The notes under the pieces: model-generated | What the model was told of the DNA's origin: nothing | Seen by the model: the letters and a program-made list of their open reading frames with translations, nothing else | The model's database searches: none | Shown here: one piece after another, positions 25,866 through 35,063 of the stretch | Position numbering within the stretch: position 1 is the stretch's first letter | How the letters are laid out: each line of letters opens with the position of its first letter | Source of the DNA: Flavobacteriales bacterium | GTDB taxonomy: Bacteria > Bacteroidota > Bacteroidia > Flavobacteriales_F > PHOS-HE28 | Direction of reading: 5' to 3' | NCBI GenBank assembly: GCA_039933875.1 | Contig: JBDTNF010000211.1 | Coordinates: forward strand, 1-59,536 | DNA: 59,536 nt | Position numbers and translations under genes: made by a program

Positions 25866-27341
25866 TCAACCTTCCTGCACGCGTACCTTGATCTTGCTGC
25901 CGGGCGTCAAGCCCTCGCTCCCCAGTTCGGTGTTCAACCGCCGCAGGTCCTCAACGCTCACACCGGGATAGCGCTGCGCGATGTTCCACAGCGTGTCGCC
26001 GGGTTGCACAACGTAGTAGATGTACTGCTCCTGTGGCTGGCGCGCAGCGGGCTTCGCGGCAACGACTCGTTCCTTCTGCCCCACCTTCAACTTTTGCCCC
26101 GCGTGGATCATATCGCGGTGCAATCCGTTCATGCGTTTCAGTTCGGCTACGGAGAGGTGATACTTGTTCGCGATGGTGCCCAGTGATTCACCACGGCGTA
26201 CCGTATGCGTACGTGCGACCGATCCTTGCACAGGCTCCGGAACAGAAGCCGGGTGTGGTGCGGAGGGCTTGGTGTTCGCCACCTGGTAACTGTAGCGCAA
26301 CAACTCCTCATTGGCCACGAAGACACCAGCGGCCTCGCGCGGCAGATAAATACTCACGGGCTGTTCCACATCGGGGACCACACCCAGTTTGAAGGAGGGG
26401 TTCAGGTCGCGCAGCTCTTTCACGGTAGTGCCGGTGAGCACCGCCAGCGATGAAAGGTCGAGCGGGTAGCAGACCTGCACGGTATCCAACTCGTACGCAC
26501 AATAGGTGGGTGCGATCGGATAGAGATTGTGGTCCGCGTGATGGGCGAAGATGTAGTTCACCGCAATGAACGCGGGCACATACCCACGGGTCTCGCGCGG
26601 CAGGTAGTCATAGATCTTCCAGTAGCTCTTCTCACCACCACTGCGGCGGATCGCCTTGTTCACATTGCCCGGACCACAGTTGTATGCGGCCAATGCCATC
26701 TCCCAGTCGTCGTAGAGGCTGTGCAGATACTTCAGGTATTTGCAGGCAGCTTCGGTGCTCTGGTACAGGTCGTGGCGTTCGTCAACATAACTGTCCACCT
26801 CCAGGCCGTACATGCGGCCCGTGGGCAGCATGAACTGCCAGAGGCCCACGGCCCCGGCGCGGCTGCGCGCGGCGGGGTTCAACGCGCTCTCCACCACGGC
26901 GAGGTACTTCATCTCGAGCGGGATCCCGTAACGGTCGAGTTGCTCCTCAAAGACGGGGAAGTACAACTCGGCCAGACCCAGCATGCGCGAGGTCATCTCC
27001 CGCTTTCGCACCGCGTACAGATCGATGTACGACTGCACCACCGGGTTGTAGGTGAGGTCGAACGGCGTGCTCTGGTCAAGAACGGCCAGTCGATGTGCGT
27101 AATCACTCTCGGACCATACGGGAACCCGTTCGGCCGAGAAACCGTGCACATTGAGCGCGCTGGTATCCGTGGAGAACGACGAATTCTTGATCCAGGGAAG
27201 CGCTGCCAGGTCGTCCAAACGCGCAGCCACCGGATCGTCCGGCATCAGGTGTACTTCGGCAACAGGTTGGGCATGAAGTCCTTGAAATAGGCCAGCCATT
27301 GCGCCCAATAGCAACAGTGGGGTCCGTAAGGAGGTCAGCAT
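25866..27341 (-). CDS. mltD: Lytic murein transglycosylase MltD-like (SLT plus two LysM domains)
   Basis: LAVVESAL.P.A.S..GA.GLWQFM, AAYNCG.G, LPRETRGYVP; LysM HTVRRGESL and YVVQPGDTLW. Confidence 0.92.
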   Translation of the reverse strand: MLTSLRTPLLLLGAMAGLFQGLHAQPVAEVHLMPDDPVAARLDDLAALPWIKNSSFSTDTSALNVHGFSAERVPVWSESDYAHRLAVLDQSTPFDLTYNPVVQSYIDLYAVRKREMTSRMLGLAELYFPVFEEQLDRYGIPLEMKYLAVVESALNPAARSRAGAVGLWQFMLPTGRMYGLEVDSYVDERHDLYQSTEAACKYLKYLHSLYDDWEMALAAYNCGPGNVNKAIRRSGGEKSYWKIYDYLPRETRGYVPAFIAVNYIFAHHADHNLYPIAPTYCAYELDTVQVCYPLDLSSLAVLTGTTVKELRDLNPSFKLGVVPDVEQPVSIYLPREAAGVFVANEELLRYSYQVANTKPSAPHPASVPEPVQGSVARTHTVRRGESLGTIANKYHLSVAELKRMNGLHRDMIHAGQKLKVGQKERVVAAKPAARQPQEQYIYYVVQPGDTLWNIAQRYPGVSVEDLRRLNTELGSEGLTPGSKIKVRVQEG

Positions 27342-27454
27342 CGCGTCGAAGTTATCCCTAATACGTGCTTTGGTCGCCGTTGTTATGTGCGGCCATCGTC
27401 CACAGGGAGGTGTTCACCACGCCGATCCGTAGGACAGGAACGCGCGAGGTGCGG

Positions 27455-28858
27455 TCAGAACAGATGCTTCGCCGCAGCCAGCAACTTCGTCTCAGCGAAT
27501 GGAGCTGCGGAAAGTTGTACCCCGAACGGCAGGCCATTGCTGTGCGTGCCCATTGGCAGGCTGATCGCCGGCGTGCCGGCCAGGTTCGCCTGCACGGTGA
27601 AAATGTCCTGCAAGTACATCGTCACCGGATCGCTGATCTCCCCATGGCCGAACGCCGTGGAGGGGCATGTGGGGGAGAGGATCAGGTCGTAATTCTGGAA
27701 AGAGGCCAGTGTGTGATCGCGGATGATACGGCGCACACGTTGTGCTTGCGCATAGTACGCGTCGTAGTAGCCTGCGCTCAGCACGAACGTGCCCAGCAGG
27801 ATGCGACGCTTCACTTCGGGTCCGAAGCCTTCAGTGCGGCTCAAGCGATAGGTCTCGTCCACACCCTTCGCCGCCTTGCTGCGATGGCCGAAGTGGATGC
27901 CATCGAAACGCGCAAGGTTGCTGCTCGCCTCGGCGGTGGCCAGGATGTAGTACGTGGGCACTTGGTGATCCAACAGCGGTACGCTGATCGGTTCGACTAT
28001 GTGACCATCCGCCTTGAGCCGATCGATATGCTGCTGCAGGTGTGCGACCACTTCGGGATCCATCCCGGCGCGTTCGAGGCCCTCACGGTAGTAGCCGATG
28101 CGCAACTTGCCCGGGTGCCCGAAGGCGATCGGGTCAACGGGCCGATGGCTTGTCGTGCTGTCCTTCGGGTCGGGGCCTGCCATCGCGGTGTACACCGCTG
28201 CGACGTCCTCGATGGTATGTGCGAACGGACCGATCTGATCGAAGCTGCTGGCAAAAGCGATGAGACCATAACGGCTCACACGACCGTACGTAGGCTTGAA
28301 TCCGATGGTACCGGTGAACGACGCGGGCTGTCTGATCGATCCGCCGGTATCGGAACCGAGCGCCGCATGCACCATACCTGCCGCCACCGAAGCAGCTGCG
28401 CCACCGCTTGAACCGCCGGGCACTTTCGTTGGGTCGAGCGGGTTCTTCACGTTGCCGAACGCACTGTTCTCGTTGCTGCTGCCCATGGCGAACTCGTCGC
28501 AGTTGGTGCGACCGAGGATCACTGCATCGGCAGCGAGCAGACGTTCCAACGCCGTCGCGGTATAGAGAGAAGTGAAGCCTTCCAAGATCTTCGACGACGC
28601 GCTGACCTTGTGGCCTTTGTAGCAGAGGTTGTCCTTGATGCTCACCACCATCCCCGCGAGCGGACCGGCAGTGCCAGCCTTGGATCGGGCATCGACAGCG
28701 GCTGCCTGCGCCAGCGCACTCTCCTCGAACAGTTCCAGGAACGCGTTCAGTTCCTTGTTCGCTTCGGCGGCTTGAAGCGCGGCTTGCGTGGTGTTCACCA
28801 CGGAACCCGCTCGGGACAAGGGTGTCCGGGCCTCACTCAAGGTCTTGGTGGTATTCAC
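27455..28858 (-). CDS. gatA: Asp-tRNA(Asn)/Glu-tRNA(Gln) amidotransferase subunit A
   Basis: IKDN, DEFAMGSS, PGGSSGG, GSDTGGSIRQPA, SNLARFDG, EVKRRI.LGTFVLSAGYYDAYY. Confidence 0.96.
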   Translation of the reverse strand: MNTTKTLSEARTPLSRAGSVVNTTQAALQAAEANKELNAFLELFEESALAQAAAVDARSKAGTAGPLAGMVVSIKDNLCYKGHKVSASSKILEGFTSLYTATALERLLAADAVILGRTNCDEFAMGSSNENSAFGNVKNPLDPTKVPGGSSGGAAASVAAGMVHAALGSDTGGSIRQPASFTGTIGFKPTYGRVSRYGLIAFASSFDQIGPFAHTIEDVAAVYTAMAGPDPKDSTTSHRPVDPIAFGHPGKLRIGYYREGLERAGMDPEVVAHLQQHIDRLKADGHIVEPISVPLLDHQVPTYYILATAEASSNLARFDGIHFGHRSKAAKGVDETYRLSRTEGFGPEVKRRILLGTFVLSAGYYDAYYAQAQRVRRIIRDHTLASFQNYDLILSPTCPSTAFGHGEISDPVTMYLQDIFTVQANLAGTPAISLPMGTHSNGLPFGVQLSAAPFAETKLLAAAKHLF

Positions 28859-28911
28859 GCCGAAGGAAGGTCAATTGCTGGCAGGCAGGAACCCCGGTCG
28901 AATGCCGGTGA

Positions 28912-29076
28912 TCACTTGCTGTCACCGTCCTTCTCAACGCCGTCTTTGGCGTCCTTGAACTCCTTCATGCCTTTGCCGAGGCCACGCATGAGTTCGGGGA
29001 TCTTCTTGCCGCCGAACAGGAGCACCACCACGAGGAGGATCAGGACGATCTCCATGATACCGAACTTGCCACCCAT
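28912..29076 (-). CDS. tatA: Twin-arginine translocase TatA/E
   Basis: [32 protein letters not shown]. Confidence 0.95.
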   Translation of the reverse strand: MGGKFGIMEIVLILLVVVLLFGGKKIPELMRGLGKGMKEFKDAKDGVEKDGDSK

Positions 29077-29121
29077 TGCTGTAAGCCCAAGGTCGAATGG
29101 TACGTTGACCAGGAGCCGCGC

Positions 29122-29129
29122 CAAAGGTA
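29122..29129 (-). promoter_or_regulatory. Bacteroidota -7 element (TACCTTTG) for tatA-gatA
   Basis: Exact consensus 46 nt upstream of the tatA ATG. Confidence 0.6.
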
Positions 29130-29155
29130 GCCCATCGGGGCGTCAACGGCCCCCT

Positions 29156-30388
29156 TTAGTCCCGGAAGATCCAGAGACCTGGATCGACCTTCACCAGCCC
29201 ATCGGCGGTGATCTTCCAGATCTCGATATGGGCCACTGAGCCAGTGTCATCCGTGAGCACGGTTCCCACGGCTTGTTTGGTATCCACCCTTTGGCCTTTG
29301 GCGACGGCCACGTCGCGCAGGTTGCTGTAAACCGTGCGGTAGGCACCATGACTTACGATCACGGCTTTACCCGCCCCCGGGATCACGATCACGCTGCTCA
29401 CCGCCCCCCGGAACAACGCCCGGACCGAGGCGCCCTTCTCCGTCGTGATGTCGATACCGTTGTTCTCGATCACAATGCCCTTCAGCACGGGGTGCGGCTG
29501 TTTCCCGAAGCGGCTGGTGATGACACCTTTCTCCACGGGCCAGGGCAACTTGCCCTTGTTCTTTTCGAAATCGGCGTTGAGCTCCTTGGCCTCCGGAGTG
29601 AGGGTGATGTCCAACTTGCCGGAGGCGGGTGCCACGCCACCGGCCTTCGGCTTGGGCTTCAATTCGGCTTCGATGGCCTTGCGGATCGCCTGATCCAGGT
29701 CGTGCCGCTGGCTTTCCTGCTTGCGTTGGGTTTCGCGCAGCCGTCCTTCCTCTTTCTTCAGTGTGTTCAACGCGCTCTGTTGGCCAGTGCGGTCGGTGTT
29801 CAGCTTCTGTTTCTCGGCGAGTTGCTGACCCACAAGCCGGCTCTTCTCCTCGCGTTGTTGTTTCAATCCCGCGAGGCGCGCATCGATCGTCACCCTGGTC
29901 TCCTCGATCAACGACGCCTGTCGCTTGCGCTGTTCACCGATCTGGCTCAGGTAGCGTGAGCGCTTGTACGCCTGCTGGAAACTGGTGGCCGCGAAGAGGT
30001 AGCTCATGCGGTCGTACGCGCTGCGGTTCCGGTAGGCGAACTGCACCATTCGGGCGTATTCCTCCTTCAGCGTAACGAGGTCCTTCTTCAAGGCGACCAC
30101 CATCTCCTCGTCCTCGGCGATGCGCTGGTCCGCTTGGCGCAGTTCGCCGTTCATCGCGCGGATGAGCTCTTCACGCGCGTCGATCTGGCTCTCGAGCAAC
30201 TGCAGTTGCTCCTGTGTCACGCGCTGTTCCTTGCGGGCCTGATCGATCAGCGCCGTGGTGGTGCGGATCTGCTTGTCCAGCGCGGAGCGCTTTTTCTCCA
30301 GGTCCTTCCGGCTCTGGCCGAAGGTGGGTGTACAGAGCAGAAGCAACAGCAAAAACAACCCGATGGCGCGCTCACGGCATCCGCTCAT
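29156..30388 (-). CDS. EnvC-like murein hydrolase activator (coiled coil plus degenerate M23 domain)
   Basis: Signal peptide, long coiled coil, KGKLPWPV, NNGIDI, HG.Y.TVY.NL, HIEIW. Confidence 0.88.
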   Translation of the reverse strand: MSGCRERAIGLFLLLLLLCTPTFGQSRKDLEKKRSALDKQIRTTTALIDQARKEQRVTQEQLQLLESQIDAREELIRAMNGELRQADQRIAEDEEMVVALKKDLVTLKEEYARMVQFAYRNRSAYDRMSYLFAATSFQQAYKRSRYLSQIGEQRKRQASLIEETRVTIDARLAGLKQQREEKSRLVGQQLAEKQKLNTDRTGQQSALNTLKKEEGRLRETQRKQESQRHDLDQAIRKAIEAELKPKPKAGGVAPASGKLDITLTPEAKELNADFEKNKGKLPWPVEKGVITSRFGKQPHPVLKGIVIENNGIDITTEKGASVRALFRGAVSSVIVIPGAGKAVIVSHGAYRTVYSNLRDVAVAKGQRVDTKQAVGTVLTDDTGSVAHIEIWKITADGLVKVDPGLWIFRD

Positions 30389-31262
30389 ACTTCTCGGGTA
30401 TCTTGAAGTTCAGCTGCAAGGGCTCGTTCAATGTGATGCGCGAAAGCTCCAGCGTTCCACTGGCCTCGCGCCCGGGTTCGGTAAGGGTGATGCTGATGTG
30501 TGTGGGAAGGTGGCGCTCTTCTGTGCCACCGCGAAGGTCATAACGCACATCGGCTGCCTGGTCGCGTGCCAGGTCCGTGATCTGCACGCGGGTCACTTGA
30601 AAACTGTCGGGTTCTATCCAGTAGCGGAACACCACGGCTTCCTTCTCCTCGGCGCGGCGCAGCGTGCGCTCCAGGCGGCGCTCGCCCATATCGCGGTCGC
30701 GCGCCAGTGTGTCGCCCGGACTGATATCCTCGGCCGCCCGCACGAAACGCCGCCGCTCCTTGCTGGTGAGCACATAGAGGCCATCCTCCCGGTCGCTGCG
30801 GTATTTCTCGGCGGCATCCAGCCCGATGGGCTCTCCGAGCAAGGCCTGTTGCAGGAGCGAGAGGCTCGGTTGCAAGCCGAATTTTTTCTTCGCTGCTGCG
30901 GTGTCGCCCACGAAGTACTGGTCGTGCAACTTGTCCAGGAACTTAAGGCTGTCAGGGGTGAGGAGGATACGCGCCACCTCGATCCCCAGCGCGGGCACCA
31001 CACTCACCCAGGCCGCGCTGTCGCGCACCGACCGGACCTGGGCCTTGAACCCCTTGCTCCCATCGGGTAGCACGAGGTCAACGTTCGCTTTAGCACTGTA
31101 CGTGCGGATATCACCGTGCCCGTTGGCCAGCACCCGCTCCAGTAGCTTTTCCGCGGAGCGGGCCGGAACATCGCGGTTGCGCAGGACGATCGGCTTGCCG
31201 CTCTTGCACCCGGCGACGGAGAGGAACGTGAACAGGAGCACCGCTTTCGCTCCAGCGTTCAT
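30372..31262 (-). CDS. DUF4292 family lipoprotein
   Basis: Lipobox VAG-C, RDSA.WVS..PALGIEVAR.L.TPDS, F.IP.KY; start overlaps the TPR gene stop (ATGA). Confidence 0.8.
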   Translation of the reverse strand: MNAGAKAVLLFTFLSVAGCKSGKPIVLRNRDVPARSAEKLLERVLANGHGDIRTYSAKANVDLVLPDGSKGFKAQVRSVRDSAAWVSVVPALGIEVARILLTPDSLKFLDKLHDQYFVGDTAAAKKKFGLQPSLSLLQQALLGEPIGLDAAEKYRSDREDGLYVLTSKERRRFVRAAEDISPGDTLARDRDMGERRLERTLRRAEEKEAVVFRYWIEPDSFQVTRVQITDLARDQAADVRYDLRGGTEERHLPTHISITLTEPGREASGTLELSRITLNEPLQLNFKIPEKYERMP

Positions 31263-33037
31263 TCCACGCGCAGGCCTTCGTTGATCTTGCGGTCGATGAC
31301 TTCGCTGGCCCCGCCGGCCTCCTTGGCCAGGCGCCAGTTCTTCATGGCGTTCTCCTTGTCCCCCAATTCGAAGAGGATATCGCCGTAATGCTCCAGGATC
31401 ACGCCATCGGCACCACCTGCGGCCACGGCCTTTTCGATCCACACACGGGCATCGGCATAGCGACCCAGCCGGAAAAGCACCCAGGCGTAAGTGTCCTGGT
31501 AGGACATCTGCGTTGGGCTCAACTCGTTGGAACGCTTGCTCATGCGTTCCGCCTTCTCCAGCTGCTCATTGCGCACGCTCAGGTAGTAGGCGTAGTTGTT
31601 CAGCACGCTGGCGTTGTCCGCATCGATGGCCAGCGCCTTGTCGTAGGCCTGATCGGACTTGGAGAAATTCTCCGCTTCGTTGTACACATCGCCCAAGCTG
31701 CTCCAGAACTGCACTTCCATCGGTGGGTTGTCCACTACCAGGTCGCGTCCGGTGATCAGGGTCTCGATAGCCGGATCGTACTGCTTCAGTTGCGAAAGCG
31801 CGATGCCATTGTACAGGTAGGGCTCCGGCATGGTGGGGAACATGCTGATGGCCTCCTCGGCGTCGTGGTGCAATGATCCGTGGTCGCCGAGCTGCATATC
31901 CAGCTGCAACAATTGGAGGTGGATCGGGAACCGCTCGTTCTCGAACTTCAGTGCGGTGCGGAACTGATCGCGGGCCTCGGCGAATTTGCCATCGCGCATC
32001 AGGAAGTCGCCGTGGATGGTGTGCGGCTTTCCGCTTTCGGGGTGCGCCTTTTCCAGGGAGCCGATCAGGTCGTAGGAGCGGCGGATCAAGTCGGCGCGAT
32101 CACCGGGCTTCTCGCCCTCCGAGTTGGTCATTTCGAAGAAGCCGATCAACACCTGCATCTTGGCATCGATGTCCAACTCGGGGTCGAGGAAAGCCTCGCT
32201 CAACTCCGAATAGGCTTCCTCCATGCGGCCTACGGTGTAGTAGTGCTCGGCGAGCGCGATGCGCAACATGCTGTTGCTGGGGTCCATCTCCAGCGCCTTC
32301 TTGTATTGCTCGCGCGCCTTGTCCTGTTCGCCTCGGTGATCGTACACCTCGGCGAGCAGCCCTTGGTATTGTGGCTCTTGCGGGTAGGCCGCGATGGCCC
32401 GCAGGATGAGTTGCTCCGCTTCGTCCACACGTTCGTTGCCCATGAGCATGCCGAACTCCTGCATGATCAGATCGTCGTTCAAGCCGAAACGTTTCTCCAG
32501 ATCGCCGTAGACCTTGAGGGCTTCGCTCACTTTCCCGCCGTAGGCCAGTGCGTTCGCAAGGTCCACATAGACCTCGTAACGGTCGGGCCATTTGGCGATG
32601 ATGCCACGGTACACGTCCGCGGCTTCGTCCATGTTGCTGTTCTGCTGGTAGAGGTCGGCGAGCAGGAAGCGGTACCAGATGTTCTCCTTGTCCGTTGCGA
32701 CCGAACGCTTCGCGAGGTCCAGCGCCGCCGGGAAGTTCTGCGAGCCGTGGTAGAGCTTGGCCAGCTCGAACATCGCAGCCGCGTTCTGCGGATCGAGTTT
32801 CAGGCAGGCGAGATAGAGTTCCATCGCCTTGGCCACCTGTCCCCCGAGGCGGGCCTGTGTGGCGTCCATGAACAGGCGCATCACCTCGGCGCGCTTGTCG
32901 CCGTCCTCTGACCCTGTCGCCGCGCGCTCCTGTTCACCGGGCGCCTGCGGTTTCTCGGTCACGGTCTTGGCCCCGCCGCAAGCGCCGAGCAGGAGCAGTG
33001 TCAAAAGACCGGAAAGCAGAGTGTGGCTGGCGCGCAT
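31259..33037 (-). CDS. Tetratricopeptide repeat lipoprotein
   Basis: Lipobox LGA-C, many TPR units, LNNYAYYL, DTYAWVLF..G.Y, EHYGDIL. Confidence 0.9.
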   Translation of the reverse strand: MRASHTLLSGLLTLLLLGACGGAKTVTEKPQAPGEQERAATGSEDGDKRAEVMRLFMDATQARLGGQVAKAMELYLACLKLDPQNAAAMFELAKLYHGSQNFPAALDLAKRSVATDKENIWYRFLLADLYQQNSNMDEAADVYRGIIAKWPDRYEVYVDLANALAYGGKVSEALKVYGDLEKRFGLNDDLIMQEFGMLMGNERVDEAEQLILRAIAAYPQEPQYQGLLAEVYDHRGEQDKAREQYKKALEMDPSNSMLRIALAEHYYTVGRMEEAYSELSEAFLDPELDIDAKMQVLIGFFEMTNSEGEKPGDRADLIRRSYDLIGSLEKAHPESGKPHTIHGDFLMRDGKFAEARDQFRTALKFENERFPIHLQLLQLDMQLGDHGSLHHDAEEAISMFPTMPEPYLYNGIALSQLKQYDPAIETLITGRDLVVDNPPMEVQFWSSLGDVYNEAENFSKSDQAYDKALAIDADNASVLNNYAYYLSVRNEQLEKAERMSKRSNELSPTQMSYQDTYAWVLFRLGRYADARVWIEKAVAAGGADGVILEHYGDILFELGDKENAMKNWRLAKEAGGASEVIDRKINEGLRVE

Positions 33038-33048
33038 GTGTTCCGGGC

Positions 33049-34056
33049 CTAGCCCAAGGTGCTATCGTCGCTCAAGCTCAGGTCCAATGCCGTGCCATGC
33101 ACGCTGGCGCGTTCGCCGATCATGCTGTTGTCCACGATGGCATCGGTCACTGTCACGCCGGGACGGATGATCGAATTGCGCACCACGCTGCCGGTGATGG
33201 AAGCGCCTTGTTCAATGGAAACGTTCGGGCCCACGATGGCGTTCGTCAGGGTCACGTTCTCCCCGATGAAGCAGGGCGGGACCACCACGCTGTACACGCT
33301 CTTCAGCGATGCGCTCACCAGGCCTTTCTCATCCTTCAGGAACCCGAGCACCTTGGTGTTGGTATCGACCATGGCGTTCTTGTTCCCACAGTCCATCCAC
33401 ACATCGACGGCACCGGCCTTGAAGCGGGCGCCTTTCTGTTTCATGTTCTCCAGGGCGTTGGTCAGCTGGTATTCGCCCTTGTCCTTGATGTCGTTGTCGA
33501 TCAGGTACTGCATCTCCCTCCTCAAACGTTCGCCATCGGCGAAATAGTAGATGCCGATGATCGCCAGGTCGCTCACGAACTCCTGCGGCTTCTCCACGAA
33601 TTCCGTGATGATGCCTTTGTCATCGCGTTTCACCACACCGAAGGCGCGCGGGTCTTCCACTTTGTTCACCCAGATCACGCCGTCGCAATCCTTGTCGAGC
33701 TTCATATCGGCGCGGAACAGGGTATCGGCGAAGGCCACGATCACACGGCCGCTCAAGGCGCTTTCGGCACAGAGGATGGCGTGCGCGGTACCGAGAGCGA
33801 CCTCCTGATAATGGATGGTGCCTTTGGCACCTACGGCTTTGGCGATGGCCAGCAGCTCCTGCTCGACCTTGATGCCGAACGCCGGATTGGTGACGAAGGC
33901 GACCTCTTCCACGGTCTCCCCGGCCACGGCGGCCAGGTCCTCCACCAGACGCTGCACGATGGGTTTGCCCGCGATGGGCAGAAGGGGTTTGGCGGTGGTG
34001 TGCGTATGGGGCCGCATGCGCTTGCCCATGCCCGCCATAGGGACGATGATCTTCAT
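33049..34056 (-). CDS. Sugar-phosphate nucleotidyltransferase
   Basis: IIVPMAG.G.RMRPHT...KPLLP.AGKP, LGTAHA, FVEKP, GEYQLT, C-terminal hexapeptide repeats. Confidence 0.92.
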   Translation of the reverse strand: MKIIVPMAGMGKRMRPHTHTTAKPLLPIAGKPIVQRLVEDLAAVAGETVEEVAFVTNPAFGIKVEQELLAIAKAVGAKGTIHYQEVALGTAHAILCAESALSGRVIVAFADTLFRADMKLDKDCDGVIWVNKVEDPRAFGVVKRDDKGIITEFVEKPQEFVSDLAIIGIYYFADGERLRREMQYLIDNDIKDKGEYQLTNALENMKQKGARFKAGAVDVWMDCGNKNAMVDTNTKVLGFLKDEKGLVSASLKSVYSVVVPPCFIGENVTLTNAIVGPNVSIEQGASITGSVVRNSIIRPGVTVTDAIVDNSMIGERASVHGTALDLSLSDDSTLG

Positions 34057-34072
34057 TCCAAGTGGTTCTCGC

Positions 34073-34531
34073 TCAGCGGGTGCCGGTGTGGCCGAAGCCA
34101 CCTGCACCTCTTTCAGTGGCGCGAAGGTCCGGACTTTCCTCCAAAGTGATCCGGACGTAACGCGCGACCACCAGTTGGGCAATGCGCTCCCCATCCGCGA
34201 CGGTAAAAGGCTCCTGGCCGAGGTTGATCAGCAATACGCCCACTTCGCCCCGGTAATCCGCGTCGATCGTGCCCGGCGCGTTGAGCACCGTGATGCCGTG
34301 CTTGAAGGCCAGTCCGCTGCGGGGCCGAACCTGGGCCTCGGTGCCTTCGGGCAGTTCCAGGAACAGGCCGGTGGGGATCAGTGCCCGTTGGCCGGGTTGG
34401 AGGACGACCGGCCCCTCGAGGTTGGCGCGCAGGTCCATACCCGCACTATGTTCGGTGGCGTAGTGGGGCAAGGGGTGTTTGCCCTTGTTGACGATGCGGA
34501 CGGGAAGCGTCTCGGCGAGGGACTCAGTCAT
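34073..34531 (-). CDS. dut: dUTP diphosphatase
   Basis: [38 protein letters not shown]. Confidence 0.97.
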   Translation of the reverse strand: MTESLAETLPVRIVNKGKHPLPHYATEHSAGMDLRANLEGPVVLQPGQRALIPTGLFLELPEGTEAQVRPRSGLAFKHGITVLNAPGTIDADYRGEVGVLLINLGQEPFTVADGERIAQLVVARYVRITLEESPDLRATERGAGGFGHTGTR

Positions 34532-34583
34532 GGTACAAAGGTGTGGCCGAACGAGCACTGGTCATGATGATTAGATTGGCAGT

Positions 34584-35063
34584 ATGTGGTACGACGAACT
34601 CTTCGCCCCAAAGACGTGGATTGTCAATGTGGTGGTTGCGGTCATTACTGCTCCCATAGGAGTCTATGTCGGCATCTTGATTGAGCGATTTCGAGTAAGG
34701 CGTAAGTATCGCCATCTCGCAGGGCTGGTCGGAACCTATCAACTCTGGCAAATAGTGGATGGGGGTAGTCAGATTCCCACAGGAACCGTGGTCATTCACA
34801 AGCACAACTCCGAAGTTTTGTTTTTCGCAGGGAGCACTACGTCGCCTAACGAAAGCCAAAGAGCATTTTCGGGCACATTGGTTTTCCCACATGAGAAAAC
34901 GGAGAAGATCACAGGCACATACGTGCACGACTATGGAGACCTGCTCGGTCAGCTTGAAGGGTCTGTAATGGGTGATTGGCCGAAACCCGATTTGCTACTT
35001 ACCCACAACTACGTTGCGGGCCAACGCGAGCTGAAGATTAAGACAAAGTGGAAACGGATTTAG
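34584..35063 (+). CDS. Orphan protein: one N-terminal TM helix plus beta-rich domain; lower GC than neighbours
   Basis: 159-aa ORF filling the gap between dut and the flippase; TM segment followed by RFRVRRK and LAGLVGTYQLW. Confidence 0.65.
   Translation: MWYDELFAPKTWIVNVVVAVITAPIGVYVGILIERFRVRRKYRHLAGLVGTYQLWQIVDGGSQIPTGTVVIHKHNSEVLFFAGSTTSPNESQRAFSGTLVFPHEKTEKITGTYVHDYGDLLGQLEGSVMGDWPKPDLLLTHNYVAGQRELKIKTKWKRI

Noticed and set aside
27455-29076. gatA without gatB/gatC and tatA without tatC
   Set aside because: Dispersal of these subunits is common in Bacteroidota; the partners are probably outside the window.
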